NCBI GenBank assembly: GCA_964478015.1
Contig: CAYZGM010000001.1
Location: forward strand, 2,981 to 66,980
Direction of reading: 5' to 3'
Origin: an uncultured Planctomycetia bacterium
Lineage (GTDB): Bacteria; Omnitrophota; Gorgyraeia; 2-02-FULL-51-18
DNA: 64,000 nucleotides
Below are positions 36,769-47,378 of the stretch, piece by piece. The translations under genes were made by a program, and so were the position numbers. How positions within the stretch are numbered: position 1 is the stretch's first letter; each line of letters begins with the position of its first letter. The notes under the pieces were generated by a model. That model was not told the origin of the DNA and made no database searches. It saw only the letters and a list, made by a program, of their open reading frames with translations.

Positions 36769-37424
36769 TCCGCCGGCGCTCCCAATTCTTTCATGATCTT
36801 TTGCATGTCGTCCCAAACAAGTTTTTTGTCACCGGGATTTCTCAGCAGATATGCCGGATGAAACGTTGGCATGAGCTTGATGCCGTGGTTCCAGTCAAAA
36901 AATCGCCCGCGAATACGGCTAATAGGCTCCTCTGTTTTAAGCAAGGTCTGGGCCGCAAACTTACCCAAGGCGCAAATGATTCTTGGGCGGATGATTTCAA
37001 TCTGCTTGGCCAGGATAGGGCCGCATGAGGCAATCTCGGTTGGAAGCGGGTTCCGGTTTTCCGGAGGGCGACACTTCAGGCAATTCGCAATGTAAACTTC
37101 CTCGCGACTAAGTTTCATGGCCTCAATGATCTTTGTGAGCAGCTGTCCCGCCGCCCCCACGAATGGCAATGCCTGTTTATCCTCCTCAAATCCGGGCGCT
37201 TCCCCGACGAACATCAGCCGGGCCAGGGGATTTCCAGCTCCAAACACGACATGGGTCCGGTGCTGACTGAGCGGGCATTGCTGACAATTTAGGTATTGGG
37301 AGTTCAGCGATGCGAGGGCGTTCGTTTTTTTGGTCAAGTCTCCAACCTTAGGGAGCTGCGTCAAACCAAAGGCGATTTCGGTTTCAAGGTATTGGCGAGC
37401 TTGGCGATGAACGGAGAAATCCAT
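36765..37424 (-). CDS. Uracil-DNA glycosylase, family 4 (4Fe-4S type)
   Basis: CQQCPL, FVGEAPGFEED (GEAPG family-4 motif), CRPPENR. Confidence 0.85.
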   Translation of the reverse strand: MDFSVHRQARQYLETEIAFGLTQLPKVGDLTKKTNALASLNSQYLNCQQCPLSQHRTHVVFGAGNPLARLMFVGEAPGFEEDKQALPFVGAAGQLLTKIIEAMKLSREEVYIANCLKCRPPENRNPLPTEIASCGPILAKQIEIIRPRIICALGKFAAQTLLKTEEPISRIRGRFFDWNHGIKLMPTFHPAYLLRNPGDKKLVWDDMQKIMKELGAPAE

Positions 37425-38537
37425 TTAATTCAATGCAAGGCGGAGGATTTTTTCGGCAGAATTCAGACAACGAATCTTTTCTATCGCCTCGGAGGCTTCG
37501 CGGTAAAGCCGGGTGTCTTTCCGAAAGGCGGTGACCTGCTCCACGACCTCGTTCAGAGATCGGGCCCTTTTAGCCGCGCCGCAGGCCACGACCTGGTCCA
37601 CATTACGTGTTTCCTGCCCGGGCACGGCGCCAAAGAGCACCATGGGTTTCCCAACACAGAGGCTTTCGGTGATCGTGAGGCCGCCGCCTTTGCCCACAAT
37701 AAGGTCGGAGGCAGCCATCAGCTCGTGGATATTGTCAACAAAGCCGTAGAAATGCAGCCAAGGTCTGCCCGCGTATTTGCCGCGGAGCTGGTTTAAAAGA
37801 GTGCCATTTGTTCCGCAAACCACCAGTTGCTGCATCGGCGGTTCCAAAATAGAGAGGCGATCCACCAGCGCGCCCGCAATTCCCACCCCCGCGCCCCCGC
37901 TTGTCACAAGCACCGTGAAAGCCGACGGGTCGAGCCCAAGGCTTCGAGAGGCTTGATCGCGCGTCAACCCGCTTGAAAATTTCGGTTCGATCGGGATGCC
38001 GGTTATGCTGATTTTTTCCTCCGGAACCCCGCGTCGGACCATCGCTTCCTTTGTCAGCTGTGTCGCCACCGCGTAGGAATCAGTTTGGCCGGTGATCCAG
38101 AAAGAATGCGGCATGTAGTCGGTGACCACGGTGATAAGCCGGCATTTCACCCGGCCTGTTTTTTTTAGGTTGCTCACGACCTCGGTCGCCAAAAAATGCG
38201 TGGCGATGACTACGTCCGGCGCTTCAGACTCGACGAATGTTTCCAAGTTTTTCGCAAAAAATTGATTGTTCACACGCCTCAGCGGCCGGATAAAAAAATA
38301 GGCCCAACCCCAATCCGTGACGGCATATAAAAACCCCCATAGCCACGGGATTTGGCGGATCATGAAAAAATAGACCGCCCGGTAGCCGTCGCCGAAACAA
38401 CCGGAAGTCATCTTTAACATGTCGACAAGGCCGACCTCGGAGACACCGGCTTTGTGACACTCGGCCTCCATGGCCTTGGCCGCTTTTTCGTGGCCGTGTC
38501 CCGCACTGGCATAGAGGATCAGGATTTTAGAAGCCAT
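37425..38537 (-). CDS. Monoglycosyl-diacylglycerol synthase-family glycosyltransferase (GT28, MGDG_synth N-domain)
   Basis: MASKILILYASAGHGHEKAAKAM N-terminus, GT-B C-domain GGGLTITESLCVGKPMVL. Confidence 0.8.
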   Translation of the reverse strand: MASKILILYASAGHGHEKAAKAMEAECHKAGVSEVGLVDMLKMTSGCFGDGYRAVYFFMIRQIPWLWGFLYAVTDWGWAYFFIRPLRRVNNQFFAKNLETFVESEAPDVVIATHFLATEVVSNLKKTGRVKCRLITVVTDYMPHSFWITGQTDSYAVATQLTKEAMVRRGVPEEKISITGIPIEPKFSSGLTRDQASRSLGLDPSAFTVLVTSGGAGVGIAGALVDRLSILEPPMQQLVVCGTNGTLLNQLRGKYAGRPWLHFYGFVDNIHELMAASDLIVGKGGGLTITESLCVGKPMVLFGAVPGQETRNVDQVVACGAAKRARSLNEVVEQVTAFRKDTRLYREASEAIEKIRCLNSAEKILRLALN

Positions 38538-39061
38538 TCAGCCGCCTCCTTGAGATCTTTTTTGATGACATCGGGCTTTATCCTCAGGGCAGCAACATCC
38601 TTTTTTTTTAGACGCCCCGAAAGAACAAGAACGGTGCGGCAGCCAAAATTTTTTCCCGCCAGAATATCCTCCTCCGAGTCCCCGATAAAATAGAGTTTCG
38701 AACGGTCGGGACGCCGACCCCGCATCGCTTTTTTAAGCAGGGCGGTTTTAGGTTTCTTGCATTCGCAGCAGTCCGTCGTTTGATGGGTGCAATAATAAAC
38801 TTTTCGGATTCGGCCGCCAACGCGGCGAATCCTTTGAAGCATTTGCCGGGTCATTTGGTTCAGAGTTTTTTTTGTAAGAAGCCCGCGAGAAACGCAGCCC
38901 TGGTTCGAAATCACGACAAGCTCATAACCGGCCCGGGTCAGTTTTTTTATGGCCCCCAGAGCCCGGGGAAAGATTTTGAAATCGGCGAGGCTTGTCACGT
39001 ATCGCCCTTTTCCGGGAAATCGATTGATAACCCCGTCCCGGTCAAGAAATGCGAAGCGCAT
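38519..39061 (-). CDS. gmhB: D-glycero-D-manno-heptose 1,7-bisphosphate phosphatase (HAD IIIA)
   Basis: FLDRDGVIN DxD motif, VVISNQ, C-terminal GDSEEDILAG; the long ORF-track N-extension is rejected and the start set at MRFAFLDRDG. Confidence 0.85.
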   Translation of the reverse strand: MRFAFLDRDGVINRFPGKGRYVTSLADFKIFPRALGAIKKLTRAGYELVVISNQGCVSRGLLTKKTLNQMTRQMLQRIRRVGGRIRKVYYCTHQTTDCCECKKPKTALLKKAMRGRRPDRSKLYFIGDSEEDILAGKNFGCRTVLVLSGRLKKKDVAALRIKPDVIKKDLKEAAEWLLKS

Positions 39062-40073
39062 GGGACTCCAGAACTTCTTTTGCGTTTCGGGCCAACAGGT
39101 CCATGTCGAGCTCTTGCATGCACTGTTCATCAATGGGGCAATCCCGCTTATAACACGGCGAGCAAACGATGGTTGAGACAATTTTACGGCCGCGGCCGTA
39201 CAGTTCAATTTCGGCCGCACAGGTGGACGCAAAATACGCGACGACCGGAACTTTCCCGGCAATCGCCACATGCATCGCGGTGGTATCTCCGGTGATCACC
39301 AGATCGCAGGCATTCACGATCCCCGAAAAAATCTCAATGGGGTGGCTCCCCGTATCGACAACGGGAACGGCGGAGTTTTTGGCAATCCACCGGTTTCTCT
39401 CGACCTCATCTTCGCCGCCCAGCAAAAATACAACGGCTCCAAGATCCTCATGCAATTTTTTGGCCAGACTTACGAGGTGTTCCCTTGGGAGTTTTTTTCC
39501 GGCAAACCGGTTGCCGCTGCCCGTGTTGATGCCAATCACCCTTGTTTTTTTACTTCCGGGATCAAAACCCCTTTCCCGGAGAGCGCCTTCCGCTTTAGCC
39601 AGACTGGCGGTGTCCGGAAAAAAACTATACTCCTCCTTTTGGAACCGGAGGCCGACCTGCTCAAAACTGATTTCCTGGTAGGTTTTTTTGTTTATCCGGA
39701 ATTTCAAATCATCGTCTACGCCGAGCCGGTAAGCATATTCGCTGAGCGCATTCACGGGGCAGACTTTCCCGTCGCGCGTTCTGCCGAAGCCCATTTTTAA
39801 CGAGGCTTTTGTATTCTCGAGCGCCTCCAGGGCTTCGGGCTCCTTGTCCAGGTTGATCACAACATCGTAGCGTAATTTATTCCAATCCTGGTTCCCGGGC
39901 GCGAGAGACTCCAGGCGGTTGATTCGCGGGTTGCGTTCCAGCACGGCGCGATTCCGCGGATCCACCAGCCATGTGATGTGGCACTGGGGGTGCGTCTTTC
40001 GCAAGCCCTCCAAAAGCGGCGTGGTTCGCAAGACATCTCCCAGGGCGCCCAGTTTTACGAGGAGGATTTTCAT
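39042..40073 (-). CDS. ADP-heptose:LPS heptosyltransferase (GT9)
   Basis: MKILLVKLGALGDVLRTTPLLEGLRKTHP is a GT9 N-terminal signature; C-terminal GDTTAMHVAIAGKVP. Confidence 0.85.
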   Translation of the reverse strand: MKILLVKLGALGDVLRTTPLLEGLRKTHPQCHITWLVDPRNRAVLERNPRINRLESLAPGNQDWNKLRYDVVINLDKEPEALEALENTKASLKMGFGRTRDGKVCPVNALSEYAYRLGVDDDLKFRINKKTYQEISFEQVGLRFQKEEYSFFPDTASLAKAEGALRERGFDPGSKKTRVIGINTGSGNRFAGKKLPREHLVSLAKKLHEDLGAVVFLLGGEDEVERNRWIAKNSAVPVVDTGSHPIEIFSGIVNACDLVITGDTTAMHVAIAGKVPVVAYFASTCAAEIELYGRGRKIVSTIVCSPCYKRDCPIDEQCMQELDMDLLARNAKEVLESHALRIS

Positions 40074-40912
40074 TTTGCGGTCCCCTGCTTGGCATCCACG
40101 ACCTCCCAGTACTTAGCCCAATTGATGAAATGCACCCAGGCAAAAAGCACCGAAAATATAAAACCATGCATGCCGTCCAAAAAACCTTTTTTCCGGATAT
40201 AAAATTTTACAAATCGCTTGAGCGGCTTTGTTTTTAGTTCGAACAGGAGTTGATTGGGCGGCAAAAAACCGCATTCCTCGTATTTTGCCCTGGCTTCTCG
40301 CGAAGAATAACCGTTATGGCGGCAGACAAATTGGCTCAGGGATGCGAATGGCCTGTGCTCCACGGGCGCTTCCAGCCGGCCGATGGGACCGTCCACGAGA
40401 AGGGATTCGTGGATCACCCCGTCGTACCTGGCAAGTTTTCGCCGAAAAAGATGCAGGCTGTAATGGTACCAGCCGCCATGCTTCATCCATTTTCCAAGAA
40501 AAAAATTCTTCTTTCTGAATTCAAAGGCCGCAAACGATGTGCCGCGTTCGAGTATTTTTAACACGGCATCCCGGAAAGCGGGCGTCGACTTTTCGTCGGG
40601 ATCAACGTGAAAGCACCAGTCCGAGGCGGCTTTTTCAATTCCCAAATTCCGTTCCGTGCAAAACCGGTAGCCGTCCCACCGGTTTTGAAAGACTTTGTCG
40701 GTGTACCTCCGACAAATTTCAACGGTGCGATCCGAGCTGAACCCGTCAATCACGACGATTTCATCGACCCACGGCGCAACGCTCTGAAGTGTGCCCTCGA
40801 TGAGATCTTCGCAGTTCTTCGTCATGATCACCGCGGAGATGCTTTCGCGGGATTTTTTAGACGGTTCTGGATTTGGCGCCTGAATCTCTTTTGAGTTCCC
40901 AGTACTTTGCAT
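40070..40912 (-). CDS. Glycosyltransferase family 2 (LPS core, KdtX/WaaE-like)
   Basis: AVIMTKNCEDLIEGTLQSVAPWVDEIVVIDGFSSDRT, GT2 DxD region. Confidence 0.8.
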   Translation of the reverse strand: MQSTGNSKEIQAPNPEPSKKSRESISAVIMTKNCEDLIEGTLQSVAPWVDEIVVIDGFSSDRTVEICRRYTDKVFQNRWDGYRFCTERNLGIEKAASDWCFHVDPDEKSTPAFRDAVLKILERGTSFAAFEFRKKNFFLGKWMKHGGWYHYSLHLFRRKLARYDGVIHESLLVDGPIGRLEAPVEHRPFASLSQFVCRHNGYSSREARAKYEECGFLPPNQLLFELKTKPLKRFVKFYIRKKGFLDGMHGFIFSVLFAWVHFINWAKYWEVVDAKQGTAK

Positions 40913-41639
40913 AGGTTAGAAATTGGTACATGCCTGAGTTGACGGCCAAAAAAAGGCCGATGACGCCGTCCTTGTGCCCCTGCTTTGAGACGTAGGCTTT
41001 CCAAAACCGGTCAACCATCTTACGCAGAATTGAAAAAACGCCAACCTTGCGGTTCTCCCGAAACCATTTTTTGGCTTCCAGGTCCGTTTGCCTGTCGAGC
41101 TTCGCGATCGCATCCGTAAAATCACGGTAGGTGTAATGCAGAATATCGTTCTTCAGCATGCCTCGCGGATCTTGCATGTAGGCCTGGGGATGCACCTCCG
41201 CCAGTTCGTCGTACCGAAAAGCATCCTTGCGGAAAAGCCGGAGCTGCGCCGAGGGGTACATGCCTCCGTAGCGCACCCACACCCGACCCATAAAATTGCG
41301 TCTGGGGATCGCGTACCCATTGCAGGACGGGTTGTTCTTCAGAGTTTCGATAATTTCTTGCTTCAGTTCAGGCGTGACGCGCTCATCCGCATCGAGACTC
41401 AAGATCCAGCTATTTTTTGCCATCTGGTAAGCAACGTTTCGGTGTTTGCCCTCCACGTCCATTTTTCGAACATGCACGGAAGCACCCAGCGAGCGCGCGA
41501 GCGCCACAGTGTTATCGGTCGACTCATCGTCCAGCACAATGACTTCATCCGCCCAATCCACGCTTTTTAAGCAATCGGAAATGCGCGAAGCCTCGTTTTT
41601 GGTGATCACCACCACGGAAAGCGCGATTTTTTGATCCAT
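40857..41639 (-). CDS. Glycosyltransferase family 2
   Basis: LSVVVITKNEASRISDCLKSVDWADEVIVLDDESTDNT. Confidence 0.8.
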   Translation of the reverse strand: MDQKIALSVVVITKNEASRISDCLKSVDWADEVIVLDDESTDNTVALARSLGASVHVRKMDVEGKHRNVAYQMAKNSWILSLDADERVTPELKQEIIETLKNNPSCNGYAIPRRNFMGRVWVRYGGMYPSAQLRLFRKDAFRYDELAEVHPQAYMQDPRGMLKNDILHYTYRDFTDAIAKLDRQTDLEAKKWFRENRKVGVFSILRKMVDRFWKAYVSKQGHKDGVIGLFLAVNSGMYQFLTYAKYWELKRDSGAKSRTV

Positions 41640-41650
41640 AACGCTTTATC

Positions 41651-42745
41651 TTATGAGATTTTAGCGATGGCAGCCAGAACTTTCTGCACACTTAACTGTT
41701 CCAGGCACCGGCGCTCATGCGGGCACGGGGGAAAATGGAACCGAGAGTAGCACGGCCTGCAGGCCACGGGCTCGCATACGACCTCCACATCCGCGTAGGC
41801 ACCATACGGGCCGTATACTTTTTCGTCCACCGGCCCGAAGATGGGGACCGTCTTCACCCCCAGCGCATGCGCCATATGGATCAAGCCACCGTCGTTGCCC
41901 AGCAGAAACTGCACGCGTTTTAAGAGCGCCGCCACCACTCCCAGGGATTGTCCGCACACCATTTTGTTTGGAACCGCGAGGTTCCTGCGAACAATTTCAA
42001 GGAGCTCTCTTTCGCTTTCGTCCCCGATTAAAAGAACGGCCGCTTTTGATTCAACGCACCAGGTGTTTGCCGCCTCGGCAAATTTCTCCGGATTCCACTG
42101 TTTATAAATTGCGTTTACTCCCCAGCTCTTTCCCCCGCCCGGAGCCATGGCCATGAACGAGCCGGCGTCTTCGAGGGCCTCATGCTGAAAAAAAAGAGAG
42201 GCTCTTTTCTCCAGCTCCGGAGAAATGCTTAGCAGTGGTCCGGTCCCGGCGGCCGGAGGCCGGATCCCGAGAGACTGCAGAATCTCCAGCTGAGATTCCG
42301 CGACGGACTTTTTTTCGTAGCCCTCGAACGGTGTTTTTTCGTTCAAAAAAAATCCCCGGCCACGGTAATCAAAGCCTATCCGGCGATGGATTCCGGCGCA
42401 AAAGCCTAAAAAACTGAATTCACGACCCAGGGAGTAGTCGACCATCACGTCATACTTCTTTTCGGCGATGGATCGGATGAGCCGGCGGTATTCCCGCAAG
42501 AAGAGAACAGGGTTGCTTGTGCGTATCTTGCGAAACCGATCGCGGTCAAGTTCATGGACGGTCGTCACGCCGGGGTACAGGGTAATTAATTCTTTCACAC
42601 GCTCATTGCAGAGAAGCCCTATCTCGACCCGGGGAAGACTCTTTCTCGCCGCTTCCACGGCAGCCAGAGAAAAAAGGACATCCCCTATCCCAAAAGGATT
42701 CGCAAATAGGATCCTCTTTGCTCCGATGGTCATAGAACCCCGCAC
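41651..42745 (-). CDS. Heptosyltransferase-family glycosyltransferase (GT9)
   Basis: KRILFANPFGIGDVLFSLAAVEAARK; C-terminal GNDGGLIHMAHALGVKTVPIFGP. Confidence 0.8.
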   Translation of the reverse strand: MRGSMTIGAKRILFANPFGIGDVLFSLAAVEAARKSLPRVEIGLLCNERVKELITLYPGVTTVHELDRDRFRKIRTSNPVLFLREYRRLIRSIAEKKYDVMVDYSLGREFSFLGFCAGIHRRIGFDYRGRGFFLNEKTPFEGYEKKSVAESQLEILQSLGIRPPAAGTGPLLSISPELEKRASLFFQHEALEDAGSFMAMAPGGGKSWGVNAIYKQWNPEKFAEAANTWCVESKAAVLLIGDESERELLEIVRRNLAVPNKMVCGQSLGVVAALLKRVQFLLGNDGGLIHMAHALGVKTVPIFGPVDEKVYGPYGAYADVEVVCEPVACRPCYSRFHFPPCPHERRCLEQLSVQKVLAAIAKIS

Positions 42746-43710
42746 AGCGCGGCATAAACCTCATCCGCGGTGATGTCCTGAATATTCTTGTGAATGGCGA
42801 TGCTGCCCGGGCTGCGCGGTCCCCACCGAAGAGGATCGGATCCTCGGATATTTTTTGCAAACAGGGCTACGACGGGTTTTCCTTGTATCCAAGCCACATG
42901 CACGGGACCGCTGTCACAGGAGACAAGTGTTTTGACGCGGCTCAGCCCAAGGAATGCCGCAAGCTCTTTTAAACTTAAAACGCCTGTCCAGTCCGTGACA
43001 GGCTCTTCGCATCGACGGACGACCTCTCGTGAAATCGCCGTCTCTTCGGAACCGCCTATTAAAACGGGGGCGTAGCGGCCTCCCCGCGCCAGTCTTTGGC
43101 AAATCTCCAAAAACTTTTCGCCATCCCAACGCTTTGCGGGGTTGCTGGTCCCGGGGTGAATGGCCACAACCATTTTATCCTTGGGTATTTCCTTGGCCAG
43201 GCGCGAGTCTATCCGCCGGACCGTTTCCTCATCCGCGAGCGGCCCCCAAGAGCCGTCCCACTTTTTTGATGAAACAAGACCGGCCAGACGAAGGTTGGAG
43301 TCGATCTCATGCTGCAGCTGGGCCGCCTTGTTATCCGGCAAAGAACGGTTCAGCAAAAAACCCCATTTTCGTCGCCACCCTACGCGGAGCCGGATCCCGG
43401 CGCTGAAAAGCATCCAGTGAAAAAACTTATGCGGGTTGGATGCGATCGCCAGGTCAAACTTTGCGCTCCGGATCTGACGCAGAAGCCCCCGCCGATAGGC
43501 GGCGCTTCTCTCCAGCTCGGCTCCATCAATCTCCAAGACCTCATCGATGTCCGGGTGGCCTTTTAAAATTCCGGCCACGGAGCGGTCAACCATCCATGTT
43601 AGCCAGCATTTTGGGTAGGTTTGTCTCAAGAGGTGGACGGCGGGCAAATTCATCAACACATCACCCAAACGATCCGTTCGGATGAAAAGGATCCTGCGAA
43701 TTTTTATCAT
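42730..43710 (-). CDS. ADP-heptose:LPS heptosyltransferase (GT9)
   Basis: MIKIRRILFIRTDRLGDVLMNLPAVHLLRQTYP; C-terminal SCDSGPVHVAWIQGKPVVALF. Confidence 0.85.
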   Translation of the reverse strand: MIKIRRILFIRTDRLGDVLMNLPAVHLLRQTYPKCWLTWMVDRSVAGILKGHPDIDEVLEIDGAELERSAAYRRGLLRQIRSAKFDLAIASNPHKFFHWMLFSAGIRLRVGWRRKWGFLLNRSLPDNKAAQLQHEIDSNLRLAGLVSSKKWDGSWGPLADEETVRRIDSRLAKEIPKDKMVVAIHPGTSNPAKRWDGEKFLEICQRLARGGRYAPVLIGGSEETAISREVVRRCEEPVTDWTGVLSLKELAAFLGLSRVKTLVSCDSGPVHVAWIQGKPVVALFAKNIRGSDPLRWGPRSPGSIAIHKNIQDITADEVYAALCGVL

Positions 43711-43749
43711 CGACCGGCTCCGGGCCGCCGCCGTAGACCATCGGTCCGG

Positions 43750-45159
43750 TCAATAGGCATTGCGTCGGGCAAAAAAAGTCATGAAAAGAATCTTGATATC
43801 CAACAGCAGAGACCAGTTCTCGATGTAGTAAAGATCGTACTTGGTCCTTTCTTCGATGGACGTATTTCCGCGCAAGCCATTGACCTGCGCCCATCCGGAC
43901 ATGCCGGAACGTATGGAATGGCGCGCCATGTACCGAGGGATATCCTCCTTGAATTGACTCGCAAAAAATGGGCGCTCGGGTCTGGGTCCCACCAGGCTCA
44001 TGTCCCCTTTCAAGACATTCCACAGTTGCGGTAATTCATCGAGGTTGTTCCTCCTCAAAAAACCGCCAATCTCGGTGCGGCGGTCATCGTTTTCACGGGC
44101 CCATACAGGGCCGGTCTTGGCTTCGGCGTCCACGCGCATCGTCCTAAACTTGTACAGCATAAAATGACGGCCATCCTGTCCTACGCGCTCCTGCTTGAAA
44201 AAAACAGGACCTGGGGAACTGCGGCGTATACCGTACGCAATCGGAATGAACACCGGCAAAAAAAGCAGGAGCCCGCCTGCCGAAAAAAGAATGTCCATGA
44301 ATCGTTTCAAGACCCGATTTTCCCACTCCGCCAAAGGGGAATCCATAAAAGACAGTATCGAGATGCCGCCGAGGTAGGAAATATTCATTTTGGATGCGAT
44401 CAGACCAAAAATGTCCGCGATCCAGCGGAAAGCCACCATTTCTTTTTCACATTCATACAGGATCTTGAGGACCGCATCTCCCTGGATTGCGGGGTCCGAC
44501 AGGATGACCTCGTGCACCTGGTGCTCCTTTTTGAGCAGCTCAGGGAGATCACCCACCCTCCCAAGAACGGGGACCCCGCAGACCTGCTCCCCAGTCGTTT
44601 TCCGATCATCTAAAATACCGGCCACTTTCGTCGCCAGACGGAGATTTTTTCGGTAGACCTGGATCAATTTTTCAGCGTTTGCGTCAGACCCGATGAGGAG
44701 AACATTCCGGAAGCTTCCGCGTGAGCGGTCCAGACCCATCAAAAGAAGCCCCAGGAGAAAGCGAGCCAGGGATATTCCGGGCCCCAAGACGAGACCCGAC
44801 ATCACCAGGAATGTGCGGGAAAAACTGAATTGTCTTACAAAAAATGTGATGGCCATCAAGACAAGCGTTCCCGCCAGAACCGATTTCATGACACGCCATG
44901 TTTCGTCCGCGAATGTAAGACGGGCGATGGGCCGATAGAGCCCGTAAAAACGTAAAAAAAAGATCATGATGATGACGATAAGATGGAAAGCCTTGAAGTA
45001 AACGGCGTGGTCTTCTCGCGCCAAAAGAGTCTGGAATAGTCCGCTTTGGAAACGGAACCAAAAGAGCGTCCAAAGCAAAAAATAGACTACCCCGGCGTCC
45101 AGCATAAGCTGGATCCAGGGGAGAAATGTTTCTCGCTGTCTTCGTCTGGGCTGAATCAT
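43750..45159 (-). CDS. Initiating polyprenyl-phosphate hexose-1-phosphate transferase (bacterial sugar transferase, WbaP/EpsB-like)
   Basis: N-terminal TM helices; C-terminal Bac_transf domain FKQERVG...MLYKFRTM...[21 protein letters not shown]. Confidence 0.85.
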   Translation of the reverse strand: MIQPRRRQRETFLPWIQLMLDAGVVYFLLWTLFWFRFQSGLFQTLLAREDHAVYFKAFHLIVIIMIFFLRFYGLYRPIARLTFADETWRVMKSVLAGTLVLMAITFFVRQFSFSRTFLVMSGLVLGPGISLARFLLGLLLMGLDRSRGSFRNVLLIGSDANAEKLIQVYRKNLRLATKVAGILDDRKTTGEQVCGVPVLGRVGDLPELLKKEHQVHEVILSDPAIQGDAVLKILYECEKEMVAFRWIADIFGLIASKMNISYLGGISILSFMDSPLAEWENRVLKRFMDILFSAGGLLLFLPVFIPIAYGIRRSSPGPVFFKQERVGQDGRHFMLYKFRTMRVDAEAKTGPVWARENDDRRTEIGGFLRRNNLDELPQLWNVLKGDMSLVGPRPERPFFASQFKEDIPRYMARHSIRSGMSGWAQVNGLRGNTSIEERTKYDLYYIENWSLLLDIKILFMTFFARRNAY

Positions 45160-45165
45160 GCGATG

Positions 45166-46272
45166 TTAGGTTGCCCCCATCCGTTTTCTTTGAAGCATGC
45201 TCCTCATTTCCATTATAAAACGTTCATCTGAAAACCGGAGCGCGTTTTTTCTGGGCGATTCAGGGTTCCACGATGCGGATTCAAACCGCCGCACCGCTTC
45301 CATGAGGCTCTCCACGTTTAAGTCGGAGAAAAAAAGACCCGTTTCTCCCGCCAAAACCGTTTCCAAAGTGCCGCCCTTTCCGTAGCCGATCACGCATCCC
45401 CCGCAGGCCTGCATTTCTACCGGAACAATGCCGAAGTCTTCCTCGCCCGGAAAGAGGAGCCCTCGGCAGCGCCGGTAATGGTCGCGAAGCACCTCGTCGG
45501 CCTGCCAACCCAAAAACCGGGTTCCCTCCCCCGCCATTTTTTCCAAAGAACGCCTCTGAGGGCCGTCTCCGATAATGACCAGGGTTTTTTTCATTTTTTT
45601 CGCAGCCAGCACGGCCAAGTCTATTTTTTTGTATGGGACAAGCGCCGAAACAACGAGATAAAATTCTTCCCGGGCCAAACGATGATCCGGCGTGTAATAA
45701 CCGGTATTTACCGGCGGGTAGATAACGTCCGAATCGCGTCCGTAGCACGATTGGATTCTCTTGCGAATGTGCTGGGATATCGCCACGAAATGATCAACGC
45801 CCGCGGCCGAGGCGTGATCCCATTTTCTAAGTCGCTTCAAGAAGAGGCGGATCAGTGTCTTAGAAAAAAAGTTCATTTGCCCAAAGTAGTCATCAAAGAA
45901 TCCCCAGGCATACCGCATGGGTGTAAAGCAATAGCAAATATGGGTTGAATTTTTTCGTTTGCGAATCCCCTTGGAGACGCAATGACTGAAAGACAGAACC
46001 ACATCGCACGGAACCGCGCGAAGCGACCCTATTGCCGCGGGGAAAAGCGGCAGATAATGCCGGTACGCTCCCAGGATCCCCGGCGCTTTCTGAAGCCAGG
46101 AGGTGCGAATCGGGTGGCTCAGAATATTCTTGGATAGCTTTTTTTTATCGCAAAACAGAGTATAGATAGGGCTTTCCGGGTAGGCCTCGCAAAGAACTTC
46201 CAGGCACTTTTCCCCGCCGCGCATTCCGTTTAGCCAATCATGAGCGAAAACCATTCGGATGGATTCAGTCAT
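45166..46272 (-). CDS. Glycosyltransferase family 4 (GT-B)
   Basis: FPGEEDFGIVPVEMQACGGCVIG (EX7E-type motif). Confidence 0.8.
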   Translation of the reverse strand: MTESIRMVFAHDWLNGMRGGEKCLEVLCEAYPESPIYTLFCDKKKLSKNILSHPIRTSWLQKAPGILGAYRHYLPLFPAAIGSLRAVPCDVVLSFSHCVSKGIRKRKNSTHICYCFTPMRYAWGFFDDYFGQMNFFSKTLIRLFLKRLRKWDHASAAGVDHFVAISQHIRKRIQSCYGRDSDVIYPPVNTGYYTPDHRLAREEFYLVVSALVPYKKIDLAVLAAKKMKKTLVIIGDGPQRRSLEKMAGEGTRFLGWQADEVLRDHYRRCRGLLFPGEEDFGIVPVEMQACGGCVIGYGKGGTLETVLAGETGLFFSDLNVESLMEAVRRFESASWNPESPRKNALRFSDERFIMEMRSMLQRKRMGAT

Positions 46273-47375
46273 GGGCTCAGCACTTTTTCATAAAGGTTCA
46301 GGGTTTCTTGCGCGGCCTTTTCCCAGGAGAAATGGCTGGCTCTCTCCAACCCCTTGGAAGAAAGTTTTTGACGCAAGCGGCTATCTTGAAGCGTCTGGGT
46401 TAAAAGTTCTTCCAAATGATCCGCTCGCTCCGGATCAAACAGAAGCGCCGCGTCGCCGGCGACCTCCGGAAGACTGGACCTATCCGAGCAGAGCACCGGC
46501 GTTCCGCAGGACATGGCCTCAAGCACCGGCAAGCCAAAACCCTCCCATAGGGACGGCAATACGAGAGCCTCCGCCAAGTGGTACAACTCAAAAAGCGAGG
46601 TATCCCCCAAGTTCTCCAAACATCTCACGCGAGGCATGCTCTGAAGACGCCTCAAAAGTTTTTTTTCTTTGGGGTCTTTTTTTCCGGCTAGCACGAGCTC
46701 GTATTTCGCCCCGGATTTTTTTTGAATCCCTTCGAAGGCATCCAAGAGGACGGGTAAATTTTTATGCGCCTTGAAACTCCCGACGAAAAGAACAAACGGC
46801 GAAAAGAGCCCAAACCTCTCTCTGGCGGCTCTCAAGACCAGGGGGTTCGCGTGTTGGCGAAAGTTGGCTGAGGCAGATTCATGGATCACCGTAACTTTCC
46901 CCTCAAGTTTAGGAAAGGACTTGAGAAGATCTTTCCTGGTGAAATCAGAAACGGCGATGACGGCGTCCGCATTGGCCTGGATTCCGCGAAAAAGCGCCTG
47001 CGCATAGAGCTTTCCCGCAAAAAATCCGCTAAAACGCGCCTCTTTTAAATAAATAAGATCATGCACCGTGACAATCAATTTTGAAGAACAAAATAACGGT
47101 GCGTTGAAATGCGGCACATGCAAAAGATTCACGGTTTTTGAAAAATCAAAAAGTTCTTTCTGCTCTCTCGGGCTGTAAATGCTGGCCGAGGACTCTTTGA
47201 ACCCGGCGTTCGGGAAAAAATGTCTGATTTGGGCCCTGTCCCGGCCGGCGCCCAAGAATGAGTATCGATGGTCGTCGCCCAACGCGGACAGCGCCCCGAT
47301 CAATTCTCTCAGGTAACGTCCAATGCCGGAATGGTTCCACATCCGGACATCGATTCCAATGAGAGACCTATCCAT
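46269..47375 (-). CDS. Glycosyltransferase family 4 (GT-B)
   Basis: PSLWEGFGLPVLEAMSCGTPVLCSDRSSLPEVAGDAALLFDP. Confidence 0.85.
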   Translation of the reverse strand: MDRSLIGIDVRMWNHSGIGRYLRELIGALSALGDDHRYSFLGAGRDRAQIRHFFPNAGFKESSASIYSPREQKELFDFSKTVNLLHVPHFNAPLFCSSKLIVTVHDLIYLKEARFSGFFAGKLYAQALFRGIQANADAVIAVSDFTRKDLLKSFPKLEGKVTVIHESASANFRQHANPLVLRAARERFGLFSPFVLFVGSFKAHKNLPVLLDAFEGIQKKSGAKYELVLAGKKDPKEKKLLRRLQSMPRVRCLENLGDTSLFELYHLAEALVLPSLWEGFGLPVLEAMSCGTPVLCSDRSSLPEVAGDAALLFDPERADHLEELLTQTLQDSRLRQKLSSKGLERASHFSWEKAAQETLNLYEKVLSP

Positions 47376-47378
47376 GGA

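Noticed and set aside
38519-39271. Long N-terminal extensions in the ORF track for gmhB (70 aa), the UPF0104 protein (32 aa), the acyl-CoA synthetase (47 aa), the HTH protein and PriA
   Set aside because: The extensions overlap upstream genes or promoters and are low-complexity. Internal Met codons aligned with conserved N-termini or RBS-like sequences were preferred.
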